A DNA stretch of 64,000 nt from Emiliania huxleyi CCMP1516 (Eukaryota): contig NW_005201792.1 in assembly GCF_000372725.1 (NCBI RefSeq), forward strand, positions 437,440 through 501,439, given 5' to 3'. Below, piece after piece: positions 1 to 12,075 of this stretch. The notes under the pieces are model-generated. The model did no database searches and was not told the DNA's origin. It was given only the letters and a program-made list of their open reading frames with translations. Numbering within the stretch: position 1 is the stretch's first letter; each line of letters opens with the position of its first letter. Made by a program: the position numbers and the translations under genes.

Positions 1-950
1 GTCTTGATGTCTCCTCCACCGGCCTGGCGGTGGCTGCCTCGGGCAGAAGCCGCGCCACGAGCACGAGCACGGGCACGCCCACGTCCGCCGCCCAGCCCGC
101 CAGCCGCTCAAGCTTCGGCGTGATCTGCGCCCGCAGCGGGTCGGCGTTCTTGAGGTGCGCGACGCTCTCGTTTGTCAGCACGAGGAGCCTATCGGACGCG
201 CCCGAGAAGGATCAGCGAAGGCTCCGTCGAGACGCGCTCGCCGGCCAGCACGAGGCGCCGGTAGCCGCGCGCGTGCAGCGCGCGCAGCATCGCGGGCGAC
301 GAGCCGAAGCGGTGGTTCCAAAAGCTGCTCCTCCACTTGTCCTTGCCTCCTGCCGCCTTTCGCTCGGAGAGCGTGTCGTCAAAGTCGAACCCCGCCAGCT
401 TGCAGACGGGCGCTGACGAAGTGGTGGCGCCGTTGAAGTGGCCGATGAGCAAGCTGTTGTCTCCGACAAACGGGCGGAGGAGAGGGATCCGCACCGGCTC
501 CACCGGCCTGTCCTTCTTTGGGACGCGCAGGAAGACGGCCGGATTGGCGTACCGCGACGGGATGGTGATGTCGGCGGAGGGACCGCCAGACCCGCTCGAC
601 GCCGCGGACGCCGGCTCCGCCCTCGCCCCGTCTCCTGCGTTGGACTCTTCACTCGCAGCCGGTGCCGGAGCCGAAGCGGCGGCGGCAGGAGCGGGCACGG
701 CAGCAGGACGCTGCTGGCTCTGCTGGCTGTTTGCGGCCGCGAGGAGCGGGTGCTCTGCCGGGTGGTCCTCCGACTCAAAGTGGGCGGGGTTGCGGCGGTA
801 GCAGTTGATGCCAAACGGGCACGCCGGCCGGCCAGGGGCCCGGCTGTACGTCGGTACCGGCGGCTGCCGCCGGCTGGTCGGCGGCCCTGGCTCGTCGTCG
901 CTGTTCAAGCTGATGACGTCGGCCGGTCGTTTGGCGGCCGACGTACACAT
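1..950 (-). CDS. PBZ zinc finger + polynucleotide kinase/DNA 3'-phosphatase (PNKP-like); 3' end runs off the window
   Basis: PBZ motif CPFGINCYRRNPAHFESEDHP and HAD motif LAGFDFDDTL. After a GC-AG intron (~189-259) the frame continues RLLVLTNE, as in PNK3P domains. ATG at 950. Confidence 0.8.
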
Positions 951-1666
951 GACTGTCGCTGGCTGCCGAGCGCTCACTCCCAGCTGGCGAGGCACTCCCA
1001 CGCCTCGCGGGTCCCCCCTTGCCCGGGGGGGCGAGGGAACCCGAGATGCTGGGGCGAGCCTCGGCGAGACTGCGTCAGCTGTTCCCACAGCAGGCTGGAA
1101 GTACCTCGCCAGCGCCCACGCGGATTCTTCCTCACCTCCCATCTTTTAGGCTGCACGAGGTTTTCCTCTCGCACCCCGTCTGTTTTCCTTTCCTTTTTTC
1201 TCTCTACAGCACCGCTTTTCCTCTCTATTTTCCCGGGAAAACTCCGTGGAAATCGTCAAATTTTGGGCTCTGAGCCGAGTCTGAGCACAGTCTGAGGCTG
1301 AGATTTTAGAAAACCAACAAGAAATCTCATCTTCTTGAGGCTGTGGTTTTGCCAAAATCAGCCAAATTTTATTTAGGCCAAATCGTCAAAATGCCGGGAA
1401 TTTTGCGGAGAACCCGTGTAGACCTGGAAATTACCCTGCGACCGCCTGGGTATTTTGTCGATTCCTCAATTTTGCCTCAGATTTTGCCCCAGACCAGCTC
1501 TCAGACTCAGGGAAACTCGCGAGTTTCCAGAATGGAGCACCAAACACCCTCTGTTCCCTGGAAATTTCCGGAAACGCAAAGTGCTGGGGACCCTCTGTTT
1601 TCCTTTTTGTTTGCCGGAAAACCTCGTATAGGCCAACCCATCTTCCGCAAGAGTCCAAACCCTGCT

Positions 1667-1760
1667 GGGTTCCGGCTCCTACCGAGATACCCTTTAAACC
1701 CTGGTGTTCCCACCCGTTAAACCCTGTGCAATAGGTAGGTAGGTCCGGTTTTGACCGCGG
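1667..1760. mobile_element. Terminal fragment of a DNA transposon/MITE, same family as 26299-26506
   Basis: GGGTTCCGGCTCCTA at 1667, plus 30 bp (caataggtaggtaggtccggttttgaccgc, 1729-1758) identical to 26334-26363. Confidence 0.6.
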
Positions 1761-3286
1761 CCCCAGGACCAAAGTGCAAAGAGTCAAGAGAGGAGACGAG
1801 TGCGAAACCGCTTCGCTCGCGCGGGAGACGGGCGCGTTTAGCCGCGAACGGGGCCATGCCAGACGAGTCGCCTGCTGTTGGGACGCCAGCCGAGACGGGT
1901 GCGGCGGGCGCTGGCAGCCTATTTATGTACGTAAAAGAGAGTTCAGAGGTGTGATGCGCGCCAGCACCGGGGCAACAACGCGGGACCGTTTCCGGGCCGT
2001 CTCGAGCAACCTCAAATTTTGATGATTTCATGACCTCGCCACTTTGCGGCTCTTTGACATCCACCTCGCGGCCCGCTGCGCGGCTCCTCGAGAGGAGTCG
2101 TCTGCGAGGCGGCGGCGAGCGCAGGCGGCGCAGGCGGCGCAGGCGGCGGCGGCGCGGCGGCGCGGCGGCGGATCGCGGCGCTGACAACGGCAGCAATCTG
2201 CGGCAGGCTGCTGCTTGCTGCTGCAGCAGCAGCAGCAGCTGCTGCTGCTCCGCTGCTGCTGATTGTGGACACGATTCCCCCGATCACCCCGCCCGCCCAC
2301 TCCGCCCGCCCGCCCGCCGCTCCCCGCTTGCCCGCCCGCCCGCCCGCCCGCCCGCCCGCCCGCCCGACCACCCATTCCCATCACCATCTCACATACCTTC
2401 ATATAGGCGCTCGAGACCTCCTCTCGCTGCCTACTCGCTGCCTCGAGGGAGGAGAGGGGAAGACGTAGGGCTGAGCCAGCCTCGCCTTTCCTGATGCCCC
2501 TCCCCGATAGGCAAGTATTAGCCACATGAAACCGAGACCCCTCCCCACCACCCCAATCCCCCCACCCCCTTGCTCCCCTCCCCCCCTCGGGAGGGCCGAA
2601 CTGAGGCGCCCGTGGGGACCCCGCAATTCCCTTCCCCCCTCGGAGGGGGCCGGACGAGGCGTACCCCGAGGGCCCCACTCTTTCCTTCGCATAGCGGCCA
2701 CTCTTCGGATCGCTGGTCGAGCGACCCGGGGGATGCCCCGCGCGCCTGACCCAGGCGCGAAAACGAATCTGCGAGGCGCGGCCGCTTCTGCGGCCCGATG
2801 AGGAGGAGTGGGGCGGACTATACGGGGATCGGCTTCTTACACAGCCCTTCCCTGCAGCGAGCCCCCTCTAACCCACCCGCGCTAGGTCTCGGGGGACGCA
2901 GGGGTCAGCTCCGCGCGACCTCGGGAACTAACTAGCCGGGGCAGTCGGAGAAGGGGCAACTCCGTGCACTGACGGTCGGCCGCCAGAAAACACGCCTGCG
3001 TGGATCGCGTCACACCAATCCTCACTACTCGAGTACCAAATCGCCCACGTTTTCGCCGCGCTGGGAATAAAAAACTGTCCACGCCGCGCGCCCCGCTCTG
3101 TCCGACAGGTACAGGTGGTGGACAGGCCGACAGGTGGACAGGCCGCCGCGCGCCTTTTGCTCTGACTGAGGGATGGACGGCCCGGCGCTGCTCCCGGTTC
3201 GCGGCGTTACTGGCGCTGTGCGCCGGCTCGACGCCGGCAGCGCTTCGGCCTACCTTCGCCTCAGCACGGGTGCGGGATTGGCTGGG

Positions 3287-4880
3287 ATGAGTGCTGAAGC
3301 CGCGAGCGTCGAGGCGGCCGTGCGCGGGATTGGCTGGGACGAGCGGGCCCTCACCTGGCTGGACGCAAAGTGGACCGACCTGGCCGACTGCGGCTGCGGC
3401 TTCGACACCCCCGACGCCTATTTGGACTCCGAGTCCAAGCAGGCACTGCCTCCGTGGGTGTGGCTGCCGACTCACGGCGGAGGCGCGGCGGAGGCGCGGG
3501 AGGGGGCGGCGCTCGACGTGAGCTGTCGGCTGGCGAGCCCTGAGGCTGAGCCCCCCGCGGCTCTCGCGGCGGCGCTCCTTGAGCGGCTGCGGGCGGCGAT
3601 CGCTCTGGCAGCGGAGGGCGGTGCGGCGGGCCGCGTGCAGAGCATCGAGGTCCTCCTCGTGTCGCGCTGCCCGAGGCTGCCGATGCTTCGCCTGCCGCGT
3701 GGCCTTGCAGACCTCACGGTGGCGGCGGGCGGCGGCGGGCCGGCCGCGGAGCTGTCGACGCTCGAGCGTGCCGGCCTCGTGGTGCTCCCCTCGGCGGTCT
3801 CTCCGGCCGACGTGGCCGCGCTGCGAGAGCTGTCTCGGCGGAGGGTGGAGGCGCTCGAGGCGAGGATGGTGCGGGAGGGGCACGAGCAGGGGCTCGAGGG
3901 TGGCGACTACTCGTACGCGGAGGTGTGCTCGCGCGGGAAGGGCAGGTGGGACATGCTGCTGCACGCGCCGCCCTCGGACGCCTGCGACGTGCCGGAGCTC
4001 AACTTCGCCGGGCAGGCGGCGGGCGCGGAGCCGTCGGACGAGGCGCTGTCCGGGCGGGTGGCTCGACCCCCCCTCCCTCTGAACCTTCCGCGAACCTTCT
4101 CTCGGACCCTTCCCGTAGGCTCTGCTCCGGCGGGTGGCCAAAGGGGCACGGTGGAGGGGTGCGGTCGAAGCGGCCCTCGGCGACGACTTCGAGTGGCAGG
4201 TCTCGCCCCCTCGAGCCCTCTCGAGCCCCCTCGAGCCCTCTCGAGCCCTCTCGGGCCCTCTCGGGTCCTCTCGAGCCCTCTCGGGTCCTCTCGAGCCCTC
4301 TCGGGTCCTCTCGAGCCCCCTCGGGCCCTCTCGGGTCCTCTCGAGCCCTCTCGGGTCCTCTCGGGTCGTCTCAGGCGATCTCGGGTCGTCTCAGGTCTCG
4401 CTCATCGTCTCGCGGCGCGGCAGCCCCGCCGGCCACTGGCACTCGGACGGAGGCCACTCGCGCTACACGTACGGCGCCGACGGCGAGGCGGTGCCGCTCG
4501 CATACGCCCTGTGCGCTTTCGTGCCGCTCGTGCCGCTCTCCGCGCCGAGGCATGTCGGCGGCGGCGAGGGCGGCGGCGGCGAGGGCATAGCCGGGAGGGC
4601 GGTGGCGCACGGGCTGGGATGCACCGCCTTCTGGCCCGGCTCCCACCGACAGCCCGCCTGCCTCAATTTGGGCGCCGCGGCGAGCACGCGGCTGCGCGCG
4701 GTGGTATCGGGCGCGCCGCTGGCCGCCGGCGATGCCCTCCTGTACGACTACCGCACCGTGCACTGCGGCTCGCCAAACCAGCAGGGCGAGCGCCCGATCC
4801 TCCAATTCACCTTCTGTCGAAAGGGTTACCGCGACCGCCACCGCAACTATGGATACGAGCAGCTGTTTTACGACGACTGA
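3287..4880 (+). CDS. Phytanoyl-CoA dioxygenase (PhyH)-like 2OG-Fe(II) oxygenase, spliced
   Basis: HWHSDGGH (HxD) and GDALLYDYRTVHCGSPN (distal His) motifs. Introns at ~4056-4118 and ~4200-4395. Confidence 0.75.
4209..4392. repeat. Intronic 10-bp tandem repeat (tcgagccctc/tcgggtcctc)
   Basis: About 17 consecutive 10-bp units are visible. Confidence 0.95.
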
Positions 4881-5323
4881 CACTCTTTTCGTTTTCGCGC
4901 GCGGAAGCCGGAAGCTGGGCTCTCTCTCTGTCTCTCGGCTCTCGCTGACCCTCGGCGAGACTACGATGTACGCACCCAAGTCCCGACCTGTCCAGAAAGT
5001 TGAGCGCGCGACTTTGCGCGTGGGGACCGTCGCGTGGCGACTGGCGACTCTGCTTGTCCCGGTGGTTGTGTGGCTTGTGCTACACCCTACACTAACGTGT
5101 TACCACCGTACACCTCTATGTGCTCTATCGACCGACGTGGTACTTTGTGTTTGTCTCGCTCGACGTCCCATGGGCGTGGAGAGTCTTTGGAGACCCCTCT
5201 CACAGGAGTACACAGAGTCATACACAATTTTCATCGTGAGCGGCAGGGTCACGGCTCCAAGTGACAGCGCGGCTGCGCGGGTAAGATTGACCTGGGATTG
5301 ACATTCATTCTCTCGACATATCG

Positions 5324-5325
<2 letters not shown>

Positions 5326-5380
<55 letters not shown>
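5326..5380. repeat. (GA)n microsatellite
   Basis: Seen directly in the sequence. Confidence 0.95.
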
Positions 5381-5400
5381 GGGTGGTCGAAGAGGACGGC

Positions 5401-6134
5401 TTAGGATTGCGCCGGCGCTGGCGCCGACTCCTGCGGTCGGCGGCGGGGTGTAAAGGACGCACGTGTAGAGGGATGGGTGGTGGGCCGCGCCTCCGGAGGC
5501 AGAAACGCCGCGAGCTCGTCCCACAGCTTTTGGCGGGCTTCCCCTTCCAGCGCGCCCGCGAGCTTGGCACAGTACTCATGCCCGTCGCCCGCAAACCACA
5601 GCCTCTCGACGTGCGTGTCGCCCTCGGGAAGCGGCATCGCGTGCTTGTCTGCGACCCAGATCGGCGGACCACTGCCGATGCGGCGCTTGAGGTCGGCGGC
5701 GCAGTCGGCCTTTCGAACGGCCTCGACATAGTCTCGGAATTGGGTGCGCAGCAGTGAGCGGACCACCTAGCGGGCCGACGAGCACAGGGTGGACACCGCG
5801 CGCGCACGCACGCGATGCATGTGTGCAGCAAAGCTCGCACGTCGCTCGAGAAGTGGCATGGGTGCCACGTCTCGCTCGGAGCCGTGCGGAACTCGACGTA
5901 GTTTGCGTCCTCCTCGGTAATGTCCTGGGCACGGAGGCTGGTCAGTGGCCAGCACACACCACGGAAAGGGTGGGCGCAAAGACGACGCTCGCACACCTCC
6001 ATAGAGCAGAGGCACTCCATGCCAGGCGCAGGCTTGCCGTGCGCGAAACCCGACGAGTCGAGGCGCTCAGGCTCATGAGCGTCGCCGACCTGCAGATCTC
6101 GCACGGCCTTGGCAAGGTCCGGGTCAGACATATC
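5401..6134 (-). CDS. Hypothetical protein, spliced
   Basis: Protein-like segments (MSDPDLAK..., MECLCSME/DITEEDANYVEFRT, VRSLLRTQFRDYVEAV) join across two short introns. Confidence 0.6.
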
Positions 6135-6276
6135 AGAAGGAGGAGAGCCGTTCGGCTTCGCTTGTTGTTGCGCGCCCACGGGCTAGCCGTCACTTCGCCC
6201 AGAAGTGAGAAACGCTGCGGAAAGAGGCCGCGCACGAGACCGGCGCGCACGGGCACCAAAACAGAACCGCAAAATG

Positions 6277-7049
6277 CTACAACATGACACCAGGGTCGTG
6301 AGCCAGGCGTTCGCACTCCAATCGCTCCGATGCTTCGCCGCCACGGCAGCCTGGCCGGCGCGCGCCGCCGCTTCTCCTGGCCATCGCCTTGCGCTCGCGC
6401 GTCAGCAGCGCGCGGCGCAAGGCGGTGGGCGGCGCGCGGCTGAGCTCTTCCTCGAAGCGCAGCTGCTCCAGCGCGGCCTCCTCGGGCGGGAGCAGGAAGG
6501 CGGCCGGCCTGAGCCACAGGTGCGCCGCGCCGTACGGCAGCAGGAGCAGGCGCGCGGTCTCGCGCCGCGACGGCGGCAGCTTATGCTCCGCCATCGCCCG
6601 GCGCAGCCAGCCGATCGGCTTGCCAGACTTGTCGAGGCGCGTGAGCAGCGCCTGTGCCGGCACCTGAGGAGGCGACGCCGGGGCTCACAATGGGTAGTCT
6701 CGCCAGACCGAGAGCCCAGAGGCGCCGAGGATACCTGCACGTGGTTGGTGAGCCGCCAGTGCCCCAAAAGATGCGTCCACTTGCGGAAGGTGGTGCGGCA
6801 GGCAGGGCACATGTAGCCAGGCATCTCCTGCCGCACACGCACCCACACGTCTGGCCGCGAGCGGTCGCCTCCCTGCCGGCCAAACTGCCACGAATCAACC
6901 TCTCCCGGGTCGATGAGGCGTGCGGCGCCCACCTCGGACGCGGGTCGCCCCCACGGGTCGGGCCAGTACAGCGAGGAGGCCGCGCGACGCCCGCCAATGA
7001 CCACAGCCCGCCGCGGCAGCAGCCGCGACGCCGAGCGAGCGGCCAGCAT
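6277..7049 (-). CDS. C2H2 zinc-finger protein with mitochondrial-like presequence, spliced
   Basis: YMCPACRTTFRKWTHLLGHWRLTNH motif. N-terminus MLAARSASRLLPRR. Intron at ~6665-6735. Confidence 0.6.
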
Positions 7050-7089
7050 GTCGATCACCCACGCCCCAAAAAGAATTTCGCGAGGCCAA

Positions 7090-7180
7090 TCCTTCCAAAA
7101 TCCTGCTCGTGCAGGTGTGGACCCTGTCCTCCTCCCCTATCCCTCGTTTGGGTTGTCTGCTTTCTGTGTTTCTTTCTTTC
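7090..7180 (+). repeat. Dispersed repeat family B (retroposon 3'-end-like); inverted copy at ~10113-10195
   Basis: ccttccaaaa.cctgctcgtgcaggtg.gaccctgtc followed by a T-rich tail, at both loci. Confidence 0.7.
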
Positions 7181-7468
7181 AAAATCCTGCAAAGGTGGGG
7201 ACGTGTCTGTCCTCCTCGCGACCCAGCCCTAGCTTGGGATGTCCGTTTTCTTTGTTTCCCCCTCTTTTCTTGCCTTGCCTTACCCCGGGGACCTGGACGC
7301 CAGCACAAAACGGCGTGGTTATTTTCTACACAGGCGAGGCTCAGACTATATCTCAAGGCAAGGGAAGCGGCGATCACACTGACAGAGGCGGCCGACCGAG
7401 GCACCGTTCTTCTCGCCGTGGGTGGGTGGCAGGGGCAGTCGGTGCAAGAAAAATAAAAACACAACGGC

Positions 7469-8512
7469 TCACACGCGGCACCCTTTCCGTGTCCCCGACC
7501 ACTCCTCATCCCCACAGAGCAAGTTGAAGTTGGAGGGGGCGGCGAATCGGGCGGCGCGCGAGGATTGGAGCGCGGAGCGAATCACGGAGCGTGTGCTCTC
7601 GCTCCAGGCCTTGATCTCGGGCGAGGTGTTGTTTGCTCTCTGCGGCGGCATTCCCCAAGGCTGCTGCGTCGCCGGGTTGGTGTCGTGGCCAAAAGCAAAC
7701 CGCAAGTGGAACTGCTTCTCCTTGCGGTGAGGGCACCCGACATGCCAGTGATCGCCCAGCTCGGGCGCGGGGTCGGCGGGGTCCGGCCTCCCTGCCGCGG
7801 CTGCCGAGCCGCCCGGCAGGGTGTGCCAAAACACCAGGGAAGTTCCGGCGCGAGGCGGGATGGCAAAGTACGGGAGCGGTGTCCCGCGCCTCGAGGCGGC
7901 TGCCACTGCCTTGCACATATACTCAATCGATTTGAGCACCGGGCCCGTCGACTCGTACAGCCTTTGCGGCCTTCGTCGATTTGCGAGCCGAGCAGAATAC
8001 GTCCTAAAGTAGTCGGCCAGGCTCGATTGGAGTGCATCACGCTTCGCGCCGGGCAGCGCGAGGGTTGGGAAGAGGGTATGGCCGTCGTACGGATTGTCGG
8101 TCAGGTAGGTGAGCACCGTCGCCACCTTGGTCGGCCGCAGATTGCGGTCATGGTGCACGTTGCCAATCCGCGCGAGCCGCGGGAACCGGCGCACCGCCGG
8201 TTTGCCGCGAAACATTGCGACGTCTTCGGTCAGGAGAAATCGGCGGATGACGTCGTCGAGTTGCACGGTTTGAAGATCCTTCTCTCGCTCCCGCCCGCGC
8301 AGCTCCGATCCCGTCGTTGTGGCGCGCACACCGGCCGGATTCACCAGTCCGCGCACGAGAATGATGCCGCCCGCCGATGCATTGCGCCGCTCGCACACAG
8401 ATGCCTCGGTGAGGCCATCCGCCTCGGCGACGAACGAGCCATTGACTGGGAGGTGCAGCGACAGGTCGGTGAGTGGTATGGGCTGGCAAGGGGAGCTGCC
8501 AGCAGCAGCCAT
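7469..8512 (-). CDS. Prolyl-4-hydroxylase-like 2OG-Fe(II) oxygenase
   Basis: Motifs VHHD, VATVLTYL, GHTLFP, PPRAGTSLVFW, HWHVGCP. Confidence 0.75.
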   Translation of the reverse strand: MAAAGSSPCQPIPLTDLSLHLPVNGSFVAEADGLTEASVCERRNASAGGIILVRGLVNPAGVRATTTGSELRGREREKDLQTVQLDDVIRRFLLTEDVAMFRGKPAVRRFPRLARIGNVHHDRNLRPTKVATVLTYLTDNPYDGHTLFPTLALPGAKRDALQSSLADYFRTYSARLANRRRPQRLYESTGPVLKSIEYMCKAVAAASRRGTPLPYFAIPPRAGTSLVFWHTLPGGSAAAAGRPDPADPAPELGDHWHVGCPHRKEKQFHLRFAFGHDTNPATQQPWGMPPQRANNTSPEIKAWSESTRSVIRSALQSSRAARFAAPSNFNLLCGDEEWSGTRKGCRV

Positions 8513-9132
8513 TGCTCGTCGCTCCCGAGCCGAAAGTTCCGCCGAGTAAGTTTGGGCGGTTGTTTGTTCTGTTCACAGCCTGTTATGAGAAGAAAATACG
8601 TCCTTCGCAGACCTTGTTATTGAGAAGAAAATGTCTCCAACGCAAGAGAATACAATCCACAAAAAAGAAATCGCGGCGGGGAAGAAAACAGAGAGACCCC
8701 AAGCCAGCCCAAATGGTTGTCGCCACGGTAATTGAAGCACCCGTTTTACAGCGCAAGGCGTGCCGCGAACGAGGTCGGTGTGGGTTGCTTGCTATCGCTA
8801 TTCCTATTGCATCGCTGTGCTTGCTTTGCACTGCGCGCCTGTGATGCTGTCGCGGTCCATCCATGGTGGCGACGCTCGCGCTTGTGGAAATCATGGAACT
8901 TCTGGCGAGCGAAAGGCAGATAGGAATAAGCACTGTGATGTTTCGCACGCCAATGCCTCCAAGCGTTTGGCGCGGGAATAAGGTCCGGGAATGTTCTCTG
9001 CATACCCATTTTGAGGCAGCGCATCGACAGATTTTACAATGCAACATCACACCCGGCCATTGCAGCGTTGCGGCAGCAGCATGCGGCAGCAAGGCAATAT
9101 GAACCTTTCCCGCGGGTTATATTCATCAGACA

Positions 9133-9380
9133 TGGAACAGCCACACGGTGAGGCACACGCTTCCGCCAGTGGGGCGATTCCGCAGCGGCCGAGCGGAGAG
9201 CTAGCGTGTGCAAAACCCAGCCGCTGGCACTATTGGCTCTGGGACGACGAGAAGAACCGTGCCTTCCTTGCATGCCACTATGTCTATGAATGGTTCTCGC
9301 CACATTATGACGAGTACGACCACTTCATCAAGAGGGTGGATGCAGTGCGAATCTTCTACCTCTATCATCATGACTCCTGA
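9133..9380 (+). pseudogene. Truncated GT32/OCH1-SUR1-like glycosyltransferase fragment
   Basis: HYWLWDDEKNRAFL...YDEYDHFIKRVDAVRIFYLYHH, then a stop where GG.Y.D.D is expected. Lies next to a retroelement remnant. Confidence 0.55.
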
Positions 9381-9499
9381 TGTACGACCACTTCACGTTG
9401 CGACCGATGCACGTTAAATTAGACCACCTGGGCCTTGCCACTGACTGAATAGTATGTCGCATCTCTTCTCCTGTGTTAGTGCCAGTAAAAGAAAGAAAG

Positions 9500-9965
9500 A
9501 AAACAGACAACCCAAAAGGGAGGGATGGGAGGACGGCACGCCGCCACCACACAGGGATTTTAAGGAGAGGGAGTGTGGTGCTAGCCATCGCCCACCCAAC
9601 CCTTGGGCGTCTGCCTCTTTCTATCTCCCTTCGCAGTCCCTCGCCGATTCTCGCTGCAACCTTCATGCCACCTCGCGGTCGTCCCACTCTCGTCGTTCTC
9701 CCTCCTGTCGCTTCCTCCTCTGTCGCGTCGCTCTCCTCTGCCTCGTCCTGCGACGCCGCCGCCGCCTGCCGGATCCCTTGCTCCCGCGGCTCCTCCCGCC
9801 TTTCGGCGCAACTCTGCCCTCCTCGCGGCATATTTTGGCCCCTCGAGTTTATCGAGCTCTCCTCGCGCAAGGACGACTCTTCTGACGCCCACTCCGATCA
9901 TTTGCCGCCAAGTCATATCGTTGCTCAGGTCCACTCTCGTGTCGGACACTTGTACCTCCACCGAA
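9500..9965 (-). mobile_element. Non-LTR retroposon 3' remnant (family A); copies at ~57080-57550, 43681-43790 and 10337-10381
   Basis: About 450 bp closely similar to 57100-57550, including the ORF tail NDMTWRQMIGVGVRR and gggaggacggcacgccgccaccacacagggattttaagga. Ends in a simple-sequence tail. Confidence 0.65.
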
Positions 9966-10445
9966 GCACCGATGATGTTGGCGCTGGGGTCCCCTTCGGG
10001 TGCATCGTGACAGCTGACGACGAGATTACCTTTCGTCCTCCTCGGGTTCGTCTTCCCCGGTTTCCTCCCGTTCGGCTCTACGTTCGTTACGTCCAGCGTG
10101 GCTCACGTGCCAGAAAGAAAGAAAGAAAACAGAGGCGAACGAGGGATGGGGGAGGAGACAGGGTCCCACCTGCACGAGCAGGCTTTTGGAAGGACGATCA
10201 GGGGCACAGGTGGGGCTCGCTCTCCTGCTCCTGAGAAGGGACACGTCACACGACAGGCTCGCAGTGAGCCAGTGCTCGCCAACCCCGCGAATTAAAATTC
10301 TTTTTCGCCAGTGCGCGCCAGTCCCGTGCCTAGTGTAAAAGAAAGAAAACAGACAACCGAAGGGAGGGATGGGAGCGAGCCTAAAATTCTTTTTCGCTGA
10401 CGACGCGACGCGGACAAGCCCAAGCCCAGCCAAGCCCAGCGCCTC

Positions 10446-11300
10446 ATGGCGGGGGCCTCCGAGGACGGTATGGTCGTGAATTGCGAGCACCTGCTCAAGT
10501 TTGTCGCTGAGGCAAAAGAGGAGGGCAACGCGGCCTTCAAGGCCAGGAAATACTCGGACGCGCTCACCGCCTGGCAGGCGGGGCTCGACGCGATTGCGCA
10601 GGCAGACGGTAGGCCGATGCTAGTGGAGGACATGCGTTTGGTCGTGGTGGTGCGGTCGGTGCTGCACAGCAACCGTGGGCAGGCGCTCATGAAGATGGAG
10701 TTCTGGCGGCGAGCCATCAAGGATCTGGACGAGGCGATCCGGATCGACGGCGAGAATGTCAAGGCGCTCTGGAGACGGAGCAAGGCGCACGAGGCGCTCA
10801 AGGAGTGGGGCCAGGCGGAGGCAGACGTGGAGGCGCTGCTCTCCCCGCGGCTGCAGGAGGTGGCCGGCCCGCTCCTCGTCGACGCCGGGCTGGACGCGCC
10901 AAAGCTTGAGGAGGCTCGCACGCGGCTGAGGGGTTGCCGCGAGGAGGCGGAGCGCGTGGCGGAGGAGACGTTCGAGGAGCGGGCCGAGGACGCGGCCCAC
11001 CGCGGGATAACGGAGCTGCGCGAGCGCTTCGAGCAGGCCCCTCTCCTAGCCCCCTCCTCCCCTTCTCGCGGCCCTCGCCGACGCGCCTGCCCTCGGTAGG
11101 TGACACGGCGGAACGGGCTGCGTGGCAACACGGAGCTGGCCGGGGAGCTGGCAGATATGGTCACGCGCCCCGGCGGGGTGACGGCGGCCTTCGTGGCGGG
11201 CGTCTACCAGATTGAGGAGGAGGACGCCGAGATCATGCTCGAGTGGGTGCGCAAGGCTTGCATGATGCAGGACGAGCTTCACATGCAACGAGTCGTCTGA
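10446..11300 (+). CDS. TPR-repeat protein
   Basis: AKEEGNAAFK...HSNRGQAL...NVKALWRRSKA TPR triad. GC-AG intron at 11037-11099. Confidence 0.85.
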
Positions 11301-11900
11301 CGGCGGGTCATTGTGGACCATACATGAACATTACGATGTGCCCGAAATAAAGAGCAAGATGTACACGCGCGGAGAACACACGAGCGCGGCCCCACCTCCA
11401 GCGCCGTCCACCGAGAGGCAGCCGACCCACGCGCGGTGTGGGCTGTGGCCGGTCTGTGGGTCAGTCTGTGCGGTGCCCGCGACGTGGACGTCCGCGGTTG
11501 TGTGTGTGACTACGTTGGCTCGCAAAGGAATGGAGTAGCGTGTCCGAGAGCATTTCCGTCGATGGCGTTTGCTCTCGGCGCAACCGCAGTGCTCTGGCAG
11601 CTGCCCCAGCGCCCGCGGCAGCACCCGATTGGAAGCCTGGGTCGGGTGTTTCGAGAAAACAACTGCCGGGAAACGGACGTCCGTTGCGGCCCTGCAATAT
11701 GAGCGTCGGCAAAGCCATCGGCTGGTCCTCCGGCGCATGCGCGCTCTTTGGTCTCCAGAACTACCTCATTGGCGCTACCAACTCAATGCCAAAGGACGAT
11801 TTTTGCCGGACGGTCGGCCTGCTGTGGTTGTCCACGGGCACCTGGGGGTGAACCGCGCCATCCTCGATCGCCGTGCAAAGCTCGCTTCCGAGCTCTTCAC

Positions 11901-12075
11901 GCCGCGCGTAGGGCCCTTAGTGGCCTAGAGAACCCCACAACCCCCTCTCCCTTTTCTCCCAGTAAGCTAAAAGTACGTACGACCGTACAACAAAACTCTC
12001 TCTCACGACACTAGGGAGAAGAGGGAAACGGGGGTGTGTTCTCTAGGCCCCTAAAGGCCCTACGCGCGCGGCGTC
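11901..12075. mobile_element. MITE-like inverted-repeat element
   Basis: cgccgcgcgtagggcccttagtggcctagagaac pairs imperfectly with gttctctaggcccctaaaggccctacgcgcgcggcg. Confidence 0.6.

Noticed and set aside
2030..2370. Low-complexity ORFs with poly-R/A/S
   Set aside because: Driven by GGC, CAG and CCCG microsatellites, with no supportable product.
2600..2950. Structured ncRNA (telomerase RNA or RNase P/MRP); CTAACCC at 2868-2874
   Set aside because: The template is too short (no 1.5 repeats) and I found no recognisable conserved boxes. An Rfam search would be needed.
7375..7440. 19-bp match (cacactgacagaggcggcc) to 23231-23249
   Set aside because: The match is real but short and has no consistent position relative to genes; probably a repeat remnant.
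9095..9135. Hammerhead-like CTGATGA...GAAA on the minus strand
   Set aside because: The intervening sequence cannot form stem II.
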